Shown piece after piece: positions 25,226-37,559 of a stretch of 64,000 nt of DNA. The stretch covers positions 49,478,001-49,542,000 of the forward strand of contig CM052816.1 in the NCBI GenBank assembly GCA_028534125.1. Direction: 5' to 3'. This DNA is from Lama glama. Lineage: Eukaryota. Position 1 is the stretch's first letter. Each line of letters opens with the position of its first letter. The notes under the pieces are model-generated. The model saw only the letters and a list, made by a program, of their open reading frames with translations. It made no database searches and had not been told where the DNA came from. The translations under genes were made by a program, and so were the position numbers.

Positions 25226-26759
25226 CAGTCAGAAGTGGGCTTCTTACGGAATGGTCTCCTTGTCCTCATCCTCCCAAGAATTAGGATATAGCTTCCAGAG
25301 GTGGTTGGTTATAGAGATTCTAGCCTCAATAGTATTATTGTGAAAGAAAATAAGAAGAATTTTAATTAACAGAAATCTAGAGTTAGCTTTCTAGATGTAT
25401 TTCTATATCCAATTATTTGATATAGATATGTGTGTACCTAAGTATATGGATCAGTATTTAATAGTTATGAAACTTCAGAGAAGCATAAAAGCTTGACGCA
25501 GACAGAATGGAAAATGCACATTCTTGCCAAGTTGATGATCAATAGTCTCATTTTATTATGGTACGAAAAAGGACAGCTTTTGCATAGTGTTCATATGATT
25601 ATGATTTCTTATTCAGTATGGAATTGAATGTTACAGTTCTATAGTAAAAACGAAATACTTGCATCAGTACAGAAGAAGCCACTTTTCTGATTATGATTCA
25701 TCGTTTACCATGACCAAAAATAGTTAGGGAAAATATTGAAGGTCAGTCTGAATATAGTCACTGAGTCATAAATTTGTGGGTAATGTAAAATAAAATCTAC
25801 ATAGTGCCAGAAAAAGTGTTTTTATTCTTTATTATATCAGAATTGTATTCTGTGTGTCTCTAGAGCCAGGCCCTTGGTGTGGATTTTTTTTCCCCACTAC
25901 TTTCAGAATAGTCATGCCCTGAAGGGGCTATATATATATACACACACACTCAAATTCTGATTTGTAATGAATTTTAGTCACACTGTAATAACAGTTTTTT
26001 TTAAGTTGTCTATGTTTTCAGATTTGAGCATGTAGCTACCATTTGGAACTGAATGCAGGAAACTTCCAACCCCATAGTCTCATATATATACATTCAGAGT
26101 GGATCCCACCCTCTCCATTCTTGCTTCTGGCTTTAGGATAGTTTCCCTTCACTGTTTGCCAAAGCAGACCAATGTGTACATTGACAAAGTTCTTACTACA
26201 GTGAGTCAAGAACCACCTCAAGACCCTGGCTGACTTTACTACCTTTGTGCGAATTGGAACAGTTCTTCCAAGAAGACAGAGCTCTGAGGGTGCACAGCTC
26301 TTACCAGAGGACTTTTCTATGAATTGGGAAAAAGTACCTCTTCAAAGTGTTATATGCAGGCTTGGGTCATTGCCCAGGGCTAAACCAGTAATATGTAGGC
26401 AGGAATTCAGCCCTCACTTGGTCACTTGTCTTGACAGCGTTATGCAGTGAAGAACCTGCACAACTGTAAGGAGTCCCTATGATTAAAAGAACTACCACAG
26501 CCTAGGCAAGAGCTTGAATAAATTTCCAGCTCTGCTACTTAATAGGTAAGTGACATTGAGCAAGTCCCTTAAACTTCAAAGATTTTTTTAGAAAAAATGA
26601 TCTTAGGGTTTTGAGATGAGATCTCAAAGGGAAGGGAAAACAGGGGAGATACGTCCCTGCATCTTGTGTTAGAACTATGTTTGTATTACATAAGAGAAAT
26701 AAAGTTACAAAACATCGTTATTTTAAAGTGATACTTAGCATTCTCTCAACTTAATTAGG

Positions 26760-27600
26760 GATTAAATGAATCTAAATTCAAGATACCACCATCCACTTTG
26801 TGAACCAAGCCTGAATCCAAGAATTCTTTATGAACTGCCTCCCCCTCACCAGCCATTGTTACTGAGCTTTATTAACGCCCTTTCTTTAAAAATAATTTAT
26901 ATTTCACCTTTTTTCTATCACGACTCTGGCTGCCTTGGTCCACACTCATTTTTTCCATGGGTTATTGTAATTACTGCTTATTAATTCTGAATCATGTTTC
27001 AACCCCATTCATCCATTCTCTGTACTGTCCCAATAGTTACCCTTACCGTGTGGCTATCCCCTCTGCCTGAAATCCTTCAGTGGCAGACCGTAGTGCACAG
27101 GAATGAATTTCAGTCATAAGCATCACATATGAGGCCTTTCATGCTCTGACGCCCATTGACTCTTCCAGTCTTATCTTCTACCTTCATGTTTTTCAACTAC
27201 AAGTAGACCTAAACACATGAAGCTTTTTTACATTTCTTTGCTTTTCAACTTGCTGGTTGCACTATCTCAAATGCTGCACTCCCAGTTCCTATGATTTCTT
27301 ACCCATTCATTAAGTTTCTATTTGTGTATCAGAGTCAGTTTAAATATTCCCCAACCCTTTCCCCTTTCCTCCACTTCTTTTCCAAGGCATATACTTTTTT
27401 TCTTGTTTATAGCAGTTAATTCTACTTGTATTATAATTATTTACAAGTTGTGGTCTCCGTTGAAGTGTGTTTGCTCTGAGCTAGAAGCCAAGGTCTTAGT
27501 TTTGTTTTTGTTGTTGTTTTGTTTTGTCTTTTGAAATATCTTTGGATTCTTATTTAAGGCATGACTCAGGATAGCTGTTCTGCACATGTTTTCCAGTGAA
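26760..27600 (+). mobile_element. L2 LINE 3' portion
   Basis: Pyrimidine-rich; ccattcatccattctctgtactg, aaatccttcagtggc, gaggcctttcatgctctgac motifs. Confidence 0.65.
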
Positions 27601-29079
27601 TGGCGCTACTTAACATTCAGTGTCTAGGTTAGTGCTTGCCTTCCAGTACAGACAGATACTATACAATGAAAGTAGAAATGATCTGGGGCAAAATGGAGGA
27701 TATAATAATGCTAGTAAAAAGAGAATGAAAAGAAGAAAAGAGATTCCAGTGACAGGGGGTCAGGAAGAGGAAGGAGGAGCAGATCTGGAAAGCAGGGACA
27801 AATTAAACAGATAGCATGGCTGCAAAGCCCTTACCAGAGAAAGGAAAGGCAAACTTGTAACATTTGAAGAAAATTTTAATGCAGACAAAGAGATTGCCTA
27901 GAATGGACAAGAAAATTCAGACTAAACATTTTGTATATATGGTGGCTATGCCAGAGGAAGGGATGAACAAAAATCACAAACCAAGGATGTAAAATTAAAA
28001 GTGACTTAAGAAGTGGTAAGGAGTAATAGAAATGGTCACTGTGTAAACTAAGAGCAGGAATAAAAAAAAATTACTATAAAGGGTTTAGTGAAATATTGTT
28101 ATTAAATTTGGAATTGTGAGGAAAATGGGATTCCTTTTTAAAAATAATGTCTGGTTTCTTTTAGAATAATGTAATTACTAACAAAATGGAATAAGACTGT
28201 AAATTGTACTCTTGGTTTGCTCTCAAATACACCATTCCTGTCAGTAAGGAGGACAAAATATCAAGCTCGTGCCTCTTGGGGAGGCGTGATAACATGAAAG
28301 AAGATAATAAGAGAGAGTGTGTGGATGGTAGATGGGTCCAAGGGACCATCACCATCAGGATGTCCTTCACTATCGTATCACTTGAAAGATGCCTAGCTTT
28401 AGCTGGTACTTCAGAGGAGGGAAGACATGGTCCAGTCAACCTCTGGGAGAGTCCAGCACCCTGAGGCCAGGGCTAGGATTCATCATAGGACTCAGCTGGA
28501 TTAATCTGTAAGGAACCCCATTGCCCCAGTGACTGGGTTGACTGGGTGGTTCACTTAGGCAGAAGTGGCTTCAGGTCTTGTGAGGCAGTTAAGACCGATG
28601 TTACTTGCCCACGTTCATCTATTAAGATTTTTTGCAAAACCTGATTCCCCACCCTGTTCTACTTTCTCCTACTCTGGAGGATTTTTGTTATGCATTTAAC
28701 TGTTTATTAACCAAAAACTGAGGTGATTTACTTTTTAAATTGATAGATGTTGCTCATTAAGGGTTGCACCATTTACTACTATGGTTTCAATGTTAAGCCT
28801 TACTGGGGATCAGCTAGTTTTAACTGGCTGTTGGTTCAATATCTGAGTGCTGGTTGCTGTTACAGTTCTTACATTAAAGTAATTTTGCACATGCTAGTTT
28901 GGATACTGTAAAAAAGAGTTACTGTTTGTAGTGTAAATATATCTGAAAAAGTCCAGTCTAACAGATTCTGGAGGAAAAATGTCTCCAAACAAATGAGCTC
29001 CTGCTAAAATCACTGGAAGTGTATGGTGTTACAATGGTAAGGGCTGACAGTTAACCAGGGGCTAACTTAGGAGTTAGAA

Positions 29080-29285
29080 GCTGCATTTAGATATTTACAT
29101 ACATCTTCTCGTTAATACTCACACTGTCTCTCCCAGGTAGATAGCATTAGTATCCCCATTGGTTTGAAGAAGAAACTGGAGTCTAGAGAAGACAAACCAT
29201 TTTGTTCCCAACCATTTAGTAAGTGGAGGAGCAATATTCAAACCTTCACAGTGAGCCCAACTGTTTTCAGACATGCTATACTGGA
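29080..29285 (-). mobile_element. MIR SINE
   Basis: aggtagatagcattagtatccccatt..gaagaaactggagtctagagaag..agtaagtggagga. Confidence 0.65.
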
Positions 29286-29903
29286 AAATCATACCTCAGT
29301 GAATGGATTCACGATTACTTGATTTTATGTTAGGTTGGGAAGATATTTACTATGTGGAAAGCTCTTATTACTTTAAGCCTGTGAGTGGTGGAAGGCTTTG
29401 TGCTTGGATAGTCAGTAACTGCTAAGGGCCAGGCTGTGATTACAAAATGACTTTTCCCCAAGGTACACTTCACCTGTGGGGCCTCTGTCAGTCACAGCTC
29501 CTTATTCTGAGCACCTCATGGGACTAATATACTGTTGGTACTTGCAGTTAAGAAGGACCACTTGTGAACCCCATTTACTAGGAACTTATAAGACCTCTCC
29601 TTAATTTTGGTATAACTATGAGAATCAAAATTCAGTATAACAATGGAAAGTAATGAGAATTACTTTATATAAAATTCATTTTATTTCCCACATATTTTAT
29701 AACAGAGAATATGTATTTACATGTATACTTATATACATAGAGAATAGAGCTGGAAAGGATTTGACTCTTCTGACCCAAATTTAATTTAAAATTTTATTGC
29801 ACAAAAAAGGCATGTGAACCAAATATTCATCAGTGGTTAATTAGAATGTTAAGAAACAAACAGCCAGGATCTATTGAGGGAGGATTTAAAAGAAAAGATG
29901 ATT

Positions 29904-31220
29904 GGACTGGCAGAAAAACAGACACACAGACTGTAGAACAAAATATAGAGCCCAGAAATATACATACACATATAGAGACAACTAATTTACAAAAAAGAAG
30001 CCAAGAACATAAAATGGAGAAAGGAATGTGGCTTCAATAAATGGTTGTTGGGAAAGCTAGACTACTGTCTTACACAAAACACAAGAATTAACTCAAAATA
30101 GATTAAAGACTTGAAAGTAAAACCTGAAACCATAAAACTAGAAGAAGAGATTGTGCACCCTTTAACATTGATTCTAACAATATCTTTTTGGATATGTCTC
30201 CTCAGGCAAGGGAAACAAAAACAAAAATAGACAAATGGGGCTACACCAAACTAAAAAGCTTTTGCACAGCAAAGGAAATCATCACCAAAACAAAATACAA
30301 CATACTGAGTGGGATATTTGATAAGCGGTTAATACCCAAAATATATAAAGAAATCATACAACTCAACAACAACAAAATAACCCTATTTGAAAAAATAGGC
30401 AGAAGCTTTAAATAGAATTTTTTTTTCCAAGGAAGACATACAGATAGCCAATAGAACATGAGATGTTCAACATTACTAATTATCAGGGAAATGCAACTCA
30501 AAACCACAGTGAGGTATCACCTCATCCCTGTCAGGATGGCCATTATCAAAAAGACAAGAAATAACAAGTGATGGGTAGGATGTTGGCAGGAATGTAAATT
30601 GATACAGCCAATGTGGAAAACAGTATGGAAATTCCTCCAGAAATTAGGACTAGAAATACCATATGATCCACTTTTCCACCTATGAGTATTTATCTGAAGG
30701 ATATGAAAACACTAATTTGAAAAGATGGATACACCCCTGTGTTCATTGCAGCATTATTTACAATTGCCAAGATCTGGAAACAACCTAAAAGTGCCCAATA
30801 GATGAATAGATAAAGATGTGATATATACACACAATTCAGTAATACTTGGCCATGAAGATGATTAAGTCATGCACTTGTGACAACATGAATGGACCTTGAG
30901 GACATTATGCTAAGTAAAATAAGTTAGACGGAGAAAGACAATGTATGTTTTCACTTATATGTGAATATAAATAAAAGTAAATGAACCAATCAAAACTGAA
31001 CACATAGATGCAGAGAACAGATGGGTGGTTACCAGAAGGGAGATGAAATGGGGAAAGGAAATGCATAAAGAGGGTCAATTTTATGGTAATGGATGAAAAC
31101 TAGACTTCTGGTGGTGAGCACACTTCTGTGTGTAGTACTGAAGTCAAATTATAATGTTGTACACATGAAACTTACATAATTTTATAAACCAACATTACCT
31201 CAATAAATTGTTAATAAATA
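29904..31220 (+). mobile_element. 5'-truncated L1 (ORF2 C-terminus plus 3'UTR, L1MA9-like)
   Basis: ORF 30188..30415 KIDKWGYTKLKSFCTAKE; terminal tataaaccaacattacctcaataaa; degenerate TSD aaaagatgatt (29893-29903) / aagagatcatt (31221-31231). Confidence 0.92.
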
Positions 31221-33131
31221 AGAGATCATTTTAGCAAGACAAATAGATGATACTTGACAAAAGATAAGTAAAAAAAATAAAAATTTGTAACAGTGTCGTT
31301 AAAAAAGACAGAGATTTTATTGCAATGAGACTTTAAGCTCAATGAATGTAAGAACGAGGTTTGTTTTAATTATTTTTGCTCAGCACATAAAATGCATTCA
31401 ATAAATATCCGCCAAATTATGTATCTCTGAAAGGGCAGGTAGGAAATTAAAAGCCAAAGACTGAAAAGGCAGAATGAATCAGGGCCAGTTGGCAACAAAT
31501 TCTGAATGGGGATGTTTGGATTAAGTTTAAGATAAAGAAAGTAATAGAACTTGGTTTCTTGTACTGTAGGGAAAAAAAATTCCCCTCTTTTTAGTTGCTG
31601 TATTTGAAGAATAAAATACTTCATTCATCGCACATAGCCCCTGTGCAAGGGCATCACTCTTACATGAAGAGATTCAGGATGAAAGAAACTCAGTGTCTAT
31701 TGATACCTACTTCTGTTCTTCTGGGCAGGAAGAAACATGCTGTGTAATTATTACAGTTCTTAAGTCACAGTGGTTGCTCCATTTCCCCAAGCTACCTGAA
31801 GGTTACATCTTTGGTATCTTTGGTGTCTTTACCTTCCATCAGGCAGCATTCAGAAATTCTTCTAAATAAGAATTTTAAATCTGTAGTGATTTTTCTTAGT
31901 TAATTTTTGAGGGAAAATTCTGTGTCACTGTCTTTTTCCTATTGAATATGTTATGGTAGGAAATAAACTGATACAGTATTTATGGATTTTAGTGTTGTAC
32001 TTGGTTATTTGTTTAACCTAAGGCCTTGGGGTCCTGTCGATTCGTGAAGAGTGTAAGCTTCAAAGATTAAAAAACAAAAAATTTTAGCGTAAGAGAATGT
32101 TATGCCGTAAAAAATAGTTAATTTCTATTTGCTTTGACACAGAAACTTACCTTTCAATGTGAAGTAACTCTTCTGTTAAGTTTGTGCTTGTGGTCTTTGT
32201 GTTAGTTTGTTGTTAAGGAAATCATAATTAATCACTGTATTTGGCGTATTTCAGTTTCTCAGGACTATTTTTCTAAAATATTTCTCAGTGAAATGTTAAT
32301 TTTGTATGCTTTGAAACCTTCCTTTTGTTCCTACCTAGGAAGGTATACATTTCCTTTTTATTTTATGTATTATACATAAATTTCAATTTGTATGTGTAAG
32401 CAATATATTATTTAGTGATAGCCTAATGTTTATAATTATTTTGCTATTGAATTTTAATCGTTTCTGAATGCATATAATAATTTATCTTCAAAGGCCCCTA
32501 TAGAAATGGTAGTTATTCTTTACATTTATAAAAATATACTTACCTCATGATTTCTTTCTAAAAGGATGAAGACTTGAATATCACACAGATTTTTCTCTTA
32601 CTGTATCTACCAGTCTCATTATTAGCTTGTTCCGTTGAAGTTAAACAAATAGAATGTGTTAATGCATGTATTTATTTGAGATCTTGATTCAATTTCATTC
32701 AAATTAGTTTTTATTTTTAATTTTCTCCTCTATCAAAAACTGAACTCCTCTCAACCCCAATTTTAAAAGGCAAATTATGTTAATTTTCAAGTGAGGAGAA
32801 ATGATGGTGTTTAAGCAAGTGAAATGCATAGCTTTAGTTGTTAAATTCTTACTATAGCTTCAGCTCCTGCTGATCAGCCATATTGTTTACAACTTAAATA
32901 GAAGAAATTGGTTATGAAAAGTTTACCAATTCACAACCTGAAGTAAGGAGAAGTGCCAAACTACATAATCATATGTTAGCAGGAGGTTAAGCCTGAGCCT
33001 TAGTATAACTCTGGATCCTCCTTTCGCGAGTGGTATTATTTTAAAAAGTTTATTCACATTCCCCCTTTTTTATTGGCCATTCTCCTTTCCTCATATACTT
33101 CTCAATTTTTGTCATTTTCATTTGTGTCTCT

Positions 33132-33152
33132 CCTACCTACCTACCTACCTAC
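33132..33152 (+). repeat. (CCTA)5 microsatellite
   Basis: Direct read. Confidence 0.9.
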
Positions 33153-34249
33153 GTAAATGTGTAGACACACTTTTAAAATAGCCTGAGAATCCCTGTCCTC
33201 AATGTGGCAAGGAAGGTGTAGACTGTCAGGTTTTGCCCCGATTCTGCAATATGCTGATGGGATTTTCGAGGAGATCTTTACCATAGCAAACTCTTTGTGT
33301 TCATCACTGTGGAACTGTGGGGTTACTTACTGAAGCTGTACCTCTGCCATTACACTATTGATTGAATCAATGACAAACGCCAGTAAGACTAAGACAGCCA
33401 CACGGTCCTGGACCTTCCTTCCATAGGACTTTATGTCTCTGCCAGCTGAGAGCCTGGCATGTTTTCTGCGGGCATGCAAGGAGAGCGGTCCTGTTAAGCG
33501 CTGTAAGGAAAACAGCCACTTAACTTTCAGTGAAAGATTACATGAGGTTGAAATTCTATAATCAGAACTTTATCTTGAAAATCTCTATAATAGCGTTCCA
33601 CTTGAACCTGAGTTAGGAAATCAACCATTGCAGTACTCTGTGTGCTTTATTTTCCTAGACTAGTGTGATACTAGATTTTCTCTTCTATCAGTCAAACGAG
33701 ATCCCTCCACTGGACTGGCGGGGGAGGCTTTCACTTAGTCTTCTAATGGACAGATGTATTCAGCCACTTTGCCCCTAACTCCAGAGTGAATAGAGTAATT
33801 TGAAGGACTCATATAATAAGTTTACTTCTCTTTAGGTCAAGTATCGACTGAGAATCCAATGTTCCAGTTTTGAATATGTGCTGGAGGAGTTAAAAAACGT
33901 ACAAATGAATAGCTCCTGTACCCTGGTGGGTCCTACTGCTAAAGAAAAAATAGTATACAGAGAAACGTTTATATAAGTGTTCTGATAAGAAATCCTTTCG
34001 AAGGTAAATACCAGTGAGGAAACGAAATGAAATGAAACAACAGAGAAGTTGCTGTAAGGGCTGGAACGTCAACCCCTTCCTGATGCATTTTTCATTGCCT
34101 CACAGTGTTCTAGGGCATAGAACTAACCCTGTGCCCTTTATTACTCTTGGCTGAGGGCAGCGCCGCTACTCAGGGAGGGGGAGCTTGACCACAGGCTTGC
34201 ATGCAGCCCTGCAGCAGCCTTCCTAGTAGCCCTGTCTACTTAAAAGATA

Positions 34250-34482
34250 AGTGGAATGGAGAGGCTGGTGAGATTTGCAAATGATAACCACTGTATATAA
34301 AAATAGATAAAAAATAAATCTCTTCTGTCTAGCACAGGGAACTATATTCAGTATCTTGTAATAACCTTTAATGGAAAAGAATATGAAAACAAATATATGC
34401 ATATATATGCATGACTGGGACATTGTGCTGTACACCAGAAATTAACACATTGTAACTGACTATACTTTAATAAAAAAAAAAA
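34250..34482 (+). mobile_element. Young L1 3' end with poly(A) (camelid-like)
   Basis: gagatttgcaaat..tagcacagggaactatattcagtatcttgtaataacc..gctgtacaccagaaatt..ctgactatactttaataaaaaaaaaaa; similar to the reverse complement of 2170-2400. Confidence 0.9.
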
Positions 34483-37400
34483 GAACTCGGGAATTTTGTT
34501 GATAATTGATCTCTCTGTTGCAAATGTTGACCACAGTTTTTTATGTCCAAACCTTTATCTAGATGATGTTTTTATTGACTCTGTTCATTAAAGACAGATA
34601 AAGGAAGATAGCTGAAAGTGAGGAGTGAATATTAATAAGAATAATATTTTAAAATTTTGTTATTTTCAGTTTATCCCTCTGGGAATAGACGTGACTATAT
34701 ATAAAATACATAGCCTTAATTTATTTAAAAAAATAAGATGTCAACTATGAATTCAAGAGCTATGGTTATACTACTTCTATCCACACAATTATATAGACTA
34801 ACTTAATTCCATTTTTATTGTCATAAAATAAGTTTTCTGACTTTTAGGAAAAGAAAATATGCATTCATAGAAAATATGATCCTGAGGCTTTGCTTAGGTA
34901 CTCAATTTACACAACATTAGCAGGGCAAGTGGTACCTCTCAGGGAGGATTTTTGGCAGTTCAGTTCAGGGTGCACTGTAGCCTGCCTTGTATCCATCTGT
35001 CCATCTTACTCACACTTGTTTGTTGTCATCTGAATGAAGGCAGGATGTGCTTTTCTACATTTCTGAGTTCCAAGCATGACAGGACCAGTTTTAGAACTAA
35101 ATCCTTTCTCTTTGCACTGAAAAGAAAAAAGTAGTTTATTACTCTAGGAGAAAATGGTAGTTTTTTCTGGGACTTTTAGTCCCTCAGGTTATCATACATA
35201 CTCATATTTTACATTTATTTGGGTTAGTCTTATGCAAGTTAGTATTATAATCATCTGTAATGTCTCTGGAGAATTATGTACTCACTTCCTGATGATAACT
35301 GTAGGTAATTAGATATCTAAGTATTTAGATATTTTACTGTGATATTTAGCAGTCAAACTGGTAATTTTGTTCTCTCTGAAATGGAATTTCTTTTACAAAT
35401 CTATACATAATGTTACAAAAATATAAACTGTAATTTTGGACAGGTCACCTGATAGAAAATTCTAAGTCTTTCTTTTCTTTTGTGCAAAGGAGATAATATG
35501 ATCTCTCTTATTTGCCAGTTTTGTTGTGAAGAGTTTATGTGAAAATACTTTGCAAAGTGCTGATTATTATAAGTTAATCATTGTATTTATGATTATTTTT
35601 GAAATTGTCTTTACCATTATTATCAAAATGATGATAAATTTATACAGGAGAATGAAGAAGCAAAATAATACCAGTAATAACTTACTAATTTTGAGGTGGA
35701 AGCAGAATATCAAATGCAGAAATAGAGACAGGCAGTATAGACAAAAGGAAGTATAATCAGTATGCTAACTTCTGAGAAAATTATGTAAGTTAATACCTGG
35801 CACAGCATCATAGAAAGCAGTCAGGGGACCTGTATGACTCAGGGAGCCTTTCATGGTAAGTGCTGTGTAACAAGCACCTAAAGAACATATATCATGGATT
35901 TACAAAATTCAAAATTAGAGTTGAAGTGTTATCTTGAATATTGAAGATAAATCTTACTATTATAGAAAAACATCACCACATTTAATGGAAATTGCCCAAC
36001 TTTGCTTTACTCTTCCTGTCTTTTTATAGCTTGGGATGTTGATAACATTCAGCTAGTAGACAAGGGGTTTAGGTTTTTAACAAAGTAGTTGCCATGGAAG
36101 AGAAAAAATGGTGGTAATTTTCCTTTTCATGCCTTTCTCTCTCTCGTTATTGGGGGGGAAGAAAAGAAACCAAATACCAAAGTAGTAACCTGTTCTCAAA
36201 GAAGATATACTCTTGCATTTATTTTAAGGAGGAAATGTGCAGAATAGGAGTACTTAGCATAAAACTCATTTAGTATGCAGATAGTGAGGTTTCCCAAGTA
36301 GTGAGAGATTCAGTGCTGCCTGCTTTTCAATGCTGGTGCAGCTGAGGGTTCCTTGGCAGAGAATGGCAGTTCTTTTAGAAGATGATCTCTCTTTGAAAGG
36401 TCAGACAGCGAAGTTGAAAGTTCCCTGAGGAAAATTTCAAGTGTTTGTAAGAAACTTTACAAGTATCTGCCTCTTCTCCTTTTGCCAGCGGAAATAATCT
36501 TACAGATGCAGTGAGAGATAATATGAACCACCGACAGTTACTTGAAATTTACTTCATTCAGGCGACTGCGCTTCTTTTACTGATGGAATGATATGAAGCA
36601 TTTTATCTCTGCTGAATCCTGGTGTTCTTTGAGCTGAAGAAATTTGCCATTTTCTGCACTGAAGCAGAGGCAGGGTAAGGAGATAGTAGGGTGAACTTTG
36701 TCTTTCTGTAGAGCCATTTGTAATACACATGAAGAGACCCTGGGCATAATCTGTCCAGTTCAGAAATATTTGATTCAAGTTTCAGAAATCAAAAGTCACC
36801 TGAAGCATTTATTGTTAGATGAATTGCATCACTCAATGGTGATACGCAAAGGTATCTTCTCTTGAGGATATTAAAGCTTATTCTCTTAGGGTAGTAATCA
36901 CATCTTTTTAAAGAGTCAGAGCACCGAGATGGAGAAGAGGTGGGCGGAAGTGGTGGGAAGGATTTTCTCTGTAGTCAGTATCACCATGGCATGATTGTTT
37001 GCAAAGCTTTACAGGCTTGGATTGATTTCATCTTAAGACACAGCTTTAAGAAATATGTTCTGTATATAAAATAGTAGAAGAGGATTACTGAGAAAGGCTG
37101 AAATGTTTAATTACACATGACATGCTTCTACAGTTATGATTCAGAAGATTTTCTATCTTACCTGTCCTTTTAAAAAAATATTCATTTTTGGCTCCTTTCT
37201 CACTTTAATGAAGCAGAAGGAAATAGTACTTCTGAAGAACTTTAATCAGTGTTATGGAATTGGTAAATTTAATATTGGAAATAAGTTCTCTTTGAGCAGA
37301 ATCCATTTATTCATTTAATTAGTAAGTACAGACTGCCTCCAAGCATTCTTGGAGTGCCCCTGTGTGCTGGCGAGACCTCCACACACTATCCTCATACAAA

Positions 37401-37559
37401 ACTGAGATGAATTGGGGCTATACTCTCCATGGGAGAAATAGAAATAAACCCAGCTTTCTTAATCTTGCCAGTCAGAGGGAAAAGGTAAAATAATAAAAGT
37501 ACAGTGTCTCCCTGAGAATTCCTAATAGTAGGCCCCCCTCATAGGGCATTGGGACTGCC

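Noticed and set aside
29334..29386. 47-nt exon-like segment (WEDIYYVESSYYFKP, donor gtgagt)
   Set aside because: Weak polypyrimidine tract, not frame-preserving, peptide unrecognised, no linking exons
34561..34616. Possible C/D snoRNA (atgatg...ctga)
   Set aside because: Box C is imperfect (ATGATGT), there is no terminal stem and no recognisable antisense element
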